Shown here: positions 63,191 through 64,000 of the stretch, piece after piece
Layout of the letters: each line of letters opens with the position of its first letter
Position numbering within the stretch: position 1 is the first letter of the stretch
Source: Cenococcum geophilum
Lineage: Eukaryota
Assembly (NCBI GenBank): GCA_050273025.1
Contig: CP158636.1
Location: 10,974,001 to 11,038,000, forward strand
Reading direction: 5' to 3'
Length of the DNA: 64,000 bases
The notes under the pieces: model-generated
Databases searched by the model: none
What the model saw: the letters and a program-made list of their open reading frames with translations, nothing else
Told to the model about the DNA's origin: nothing
Made by a program: the position numbers and the translations under genes

Positions 63191-64000
63191 TTCTACCCCC
63201 TAGTAGTAGTGGAGGCACTCCAGGCCAAGGGGATATTTTTAAGAAGGACCTAACTATAGCACCTACTAAGTGTTGCAATGGCTTTGAGTAGTAGATGTCT
63301 ATATATCTGTATAGTTTTATCTATATTAGCAGACTATTTAATAAGATACAATATGTGCTTATGCTTTTAATACGCGTTTTTTAACTTTGACGAAATTAAT
63401 GTCAGGACTAAGCAATAGCCGTATTATAAAATTCGTACTATTTAGAAGCCCTAGTTCTTAAAAATATTGTATTAACTTTTGGTAATAATAACGCGTTGTG
63501 TAAATAAATGAATTGGATATCCGCAATATCCGTTTTACGGATTTTGCTTATGCTTTTAACAAAACTCGCCAAAGCCTCTCAGACGGATTTTGCAATTCGG
63601 AAGACGGCGTAGGTTATTCCGATGCTAGCTAAAAAATCGCGTCTGAGCTCGCTGAGGTAAGGTCTGAGGGACTTTCGCAAGGTTTCTTAGGCGATCCGAC
63701 TTGGTTTGTATGTAGAGCAGTCACCTTCTTCAACGAAATTGACCTACGCCCCCACAACAGCTATCATCTCAGAAATACCGTTAAATTGATCAGCAGAAGC
63801 AGCTCTATAATCGATGAACTTTTGGGCCTTGTATATACACCCGTTGCGACGTCTGTTGCGACGTTCGTTGCGACTCGCGTTGCCTAAATTTGTATAGGGA
63901 TATATATGATCTTTAATAAAACTAATAAAGCTACCTACGTAAGGTCTAGGGCTGCATATAGGCTTAAAATAATCGTAAGAACCAGCTCTATAATAAACTA

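Larger units (their letters stand above)
61536..63660. mobile_element. Non-autonomous TIR DNA element (2125 bp) with hairpin-containing termini and 9-bp TSD
   Basis: Ends ttacctcag../..ctgaggtaa; inner TIR segments ctttggcgagctttgt/acaaaactcgccaaag; TSD GGTCTGAGG at 61527-61535 and 63661-63669. No transposase recognised. Confidence 0.8.
61430..64000. mobile_element. Outer TIR element (left end at 61430, resumes at 63670, runs off the window)
   Basis: Starts ttacctcagcaag-ctcagac[hairpin]gtctgagg. After the insert it continues gactttcgcaagg..aacgaaattgacctac.., paralleling 61628-61800. Confidence 0.65.

Noticed and set aside
61848..63278. ORFs of 200, 166 and 77 aa in the 12-bp repeats, and a possible CRISPR-like array
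   Set aside because: They are translations of stop-free minisatellites. The repeats are contiguous with no unique spacers, and the context is eukaryotic.

Overview
Filamentous-ascomycete genomic DNA (inferred from RIP signatures and short GT-AG introns with CTRAY branch points). About 1-49.2 kb is an AT-rich, RIP-mutated transposon block. It holds a RIP-killed HNH nuclease pseudogene, a foldback, Tad1-type LINE 3' ends, a full-length Ty1/copia (8791-14715) and a pogo/Fot1 relic carrying a MITE and a 1.7-kb non-autonomous LTR element. A 27.5-kb nest follows: chromoviral Gypsy A (20652-48175) > Gypsy B (24939-44344) > Copia C (30855-41755) > Ngaro tyrosine-recombinase retrotransposon (36060-40930), plus a 536-bp TRIM and a 127-bp solo LTR. 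LTRs and target-site duplications could be read directly for the LTR elements. About 49.2-61.4 kb is an un-RIPed island with NLR-type TPR/WD40 debris and three intact-looking spliced genes. These are a 1136-aa zinc finger / GBP-like P-loop GTPase / RING-like / patatin phospholipase gene, a head-to-head WD40 beta-propeller gene, and an amino-acid-permease-family gene with degenerate substrate-binding motifs. About 61.4-64 kb contains non-autonomous TIR elements with branched-hairpin termini, one inserted into a relative's terminus with a 9-bp TSD. Best leads: the three-gene island as a candidate defence/cell-death module, a spliced antisense Zn2Cys6-like ORF in both Gypsy elements, a self-priming TRIM, and the hairpin-ended transposon. 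All calls come from manual reading and translation; no database searches were run.
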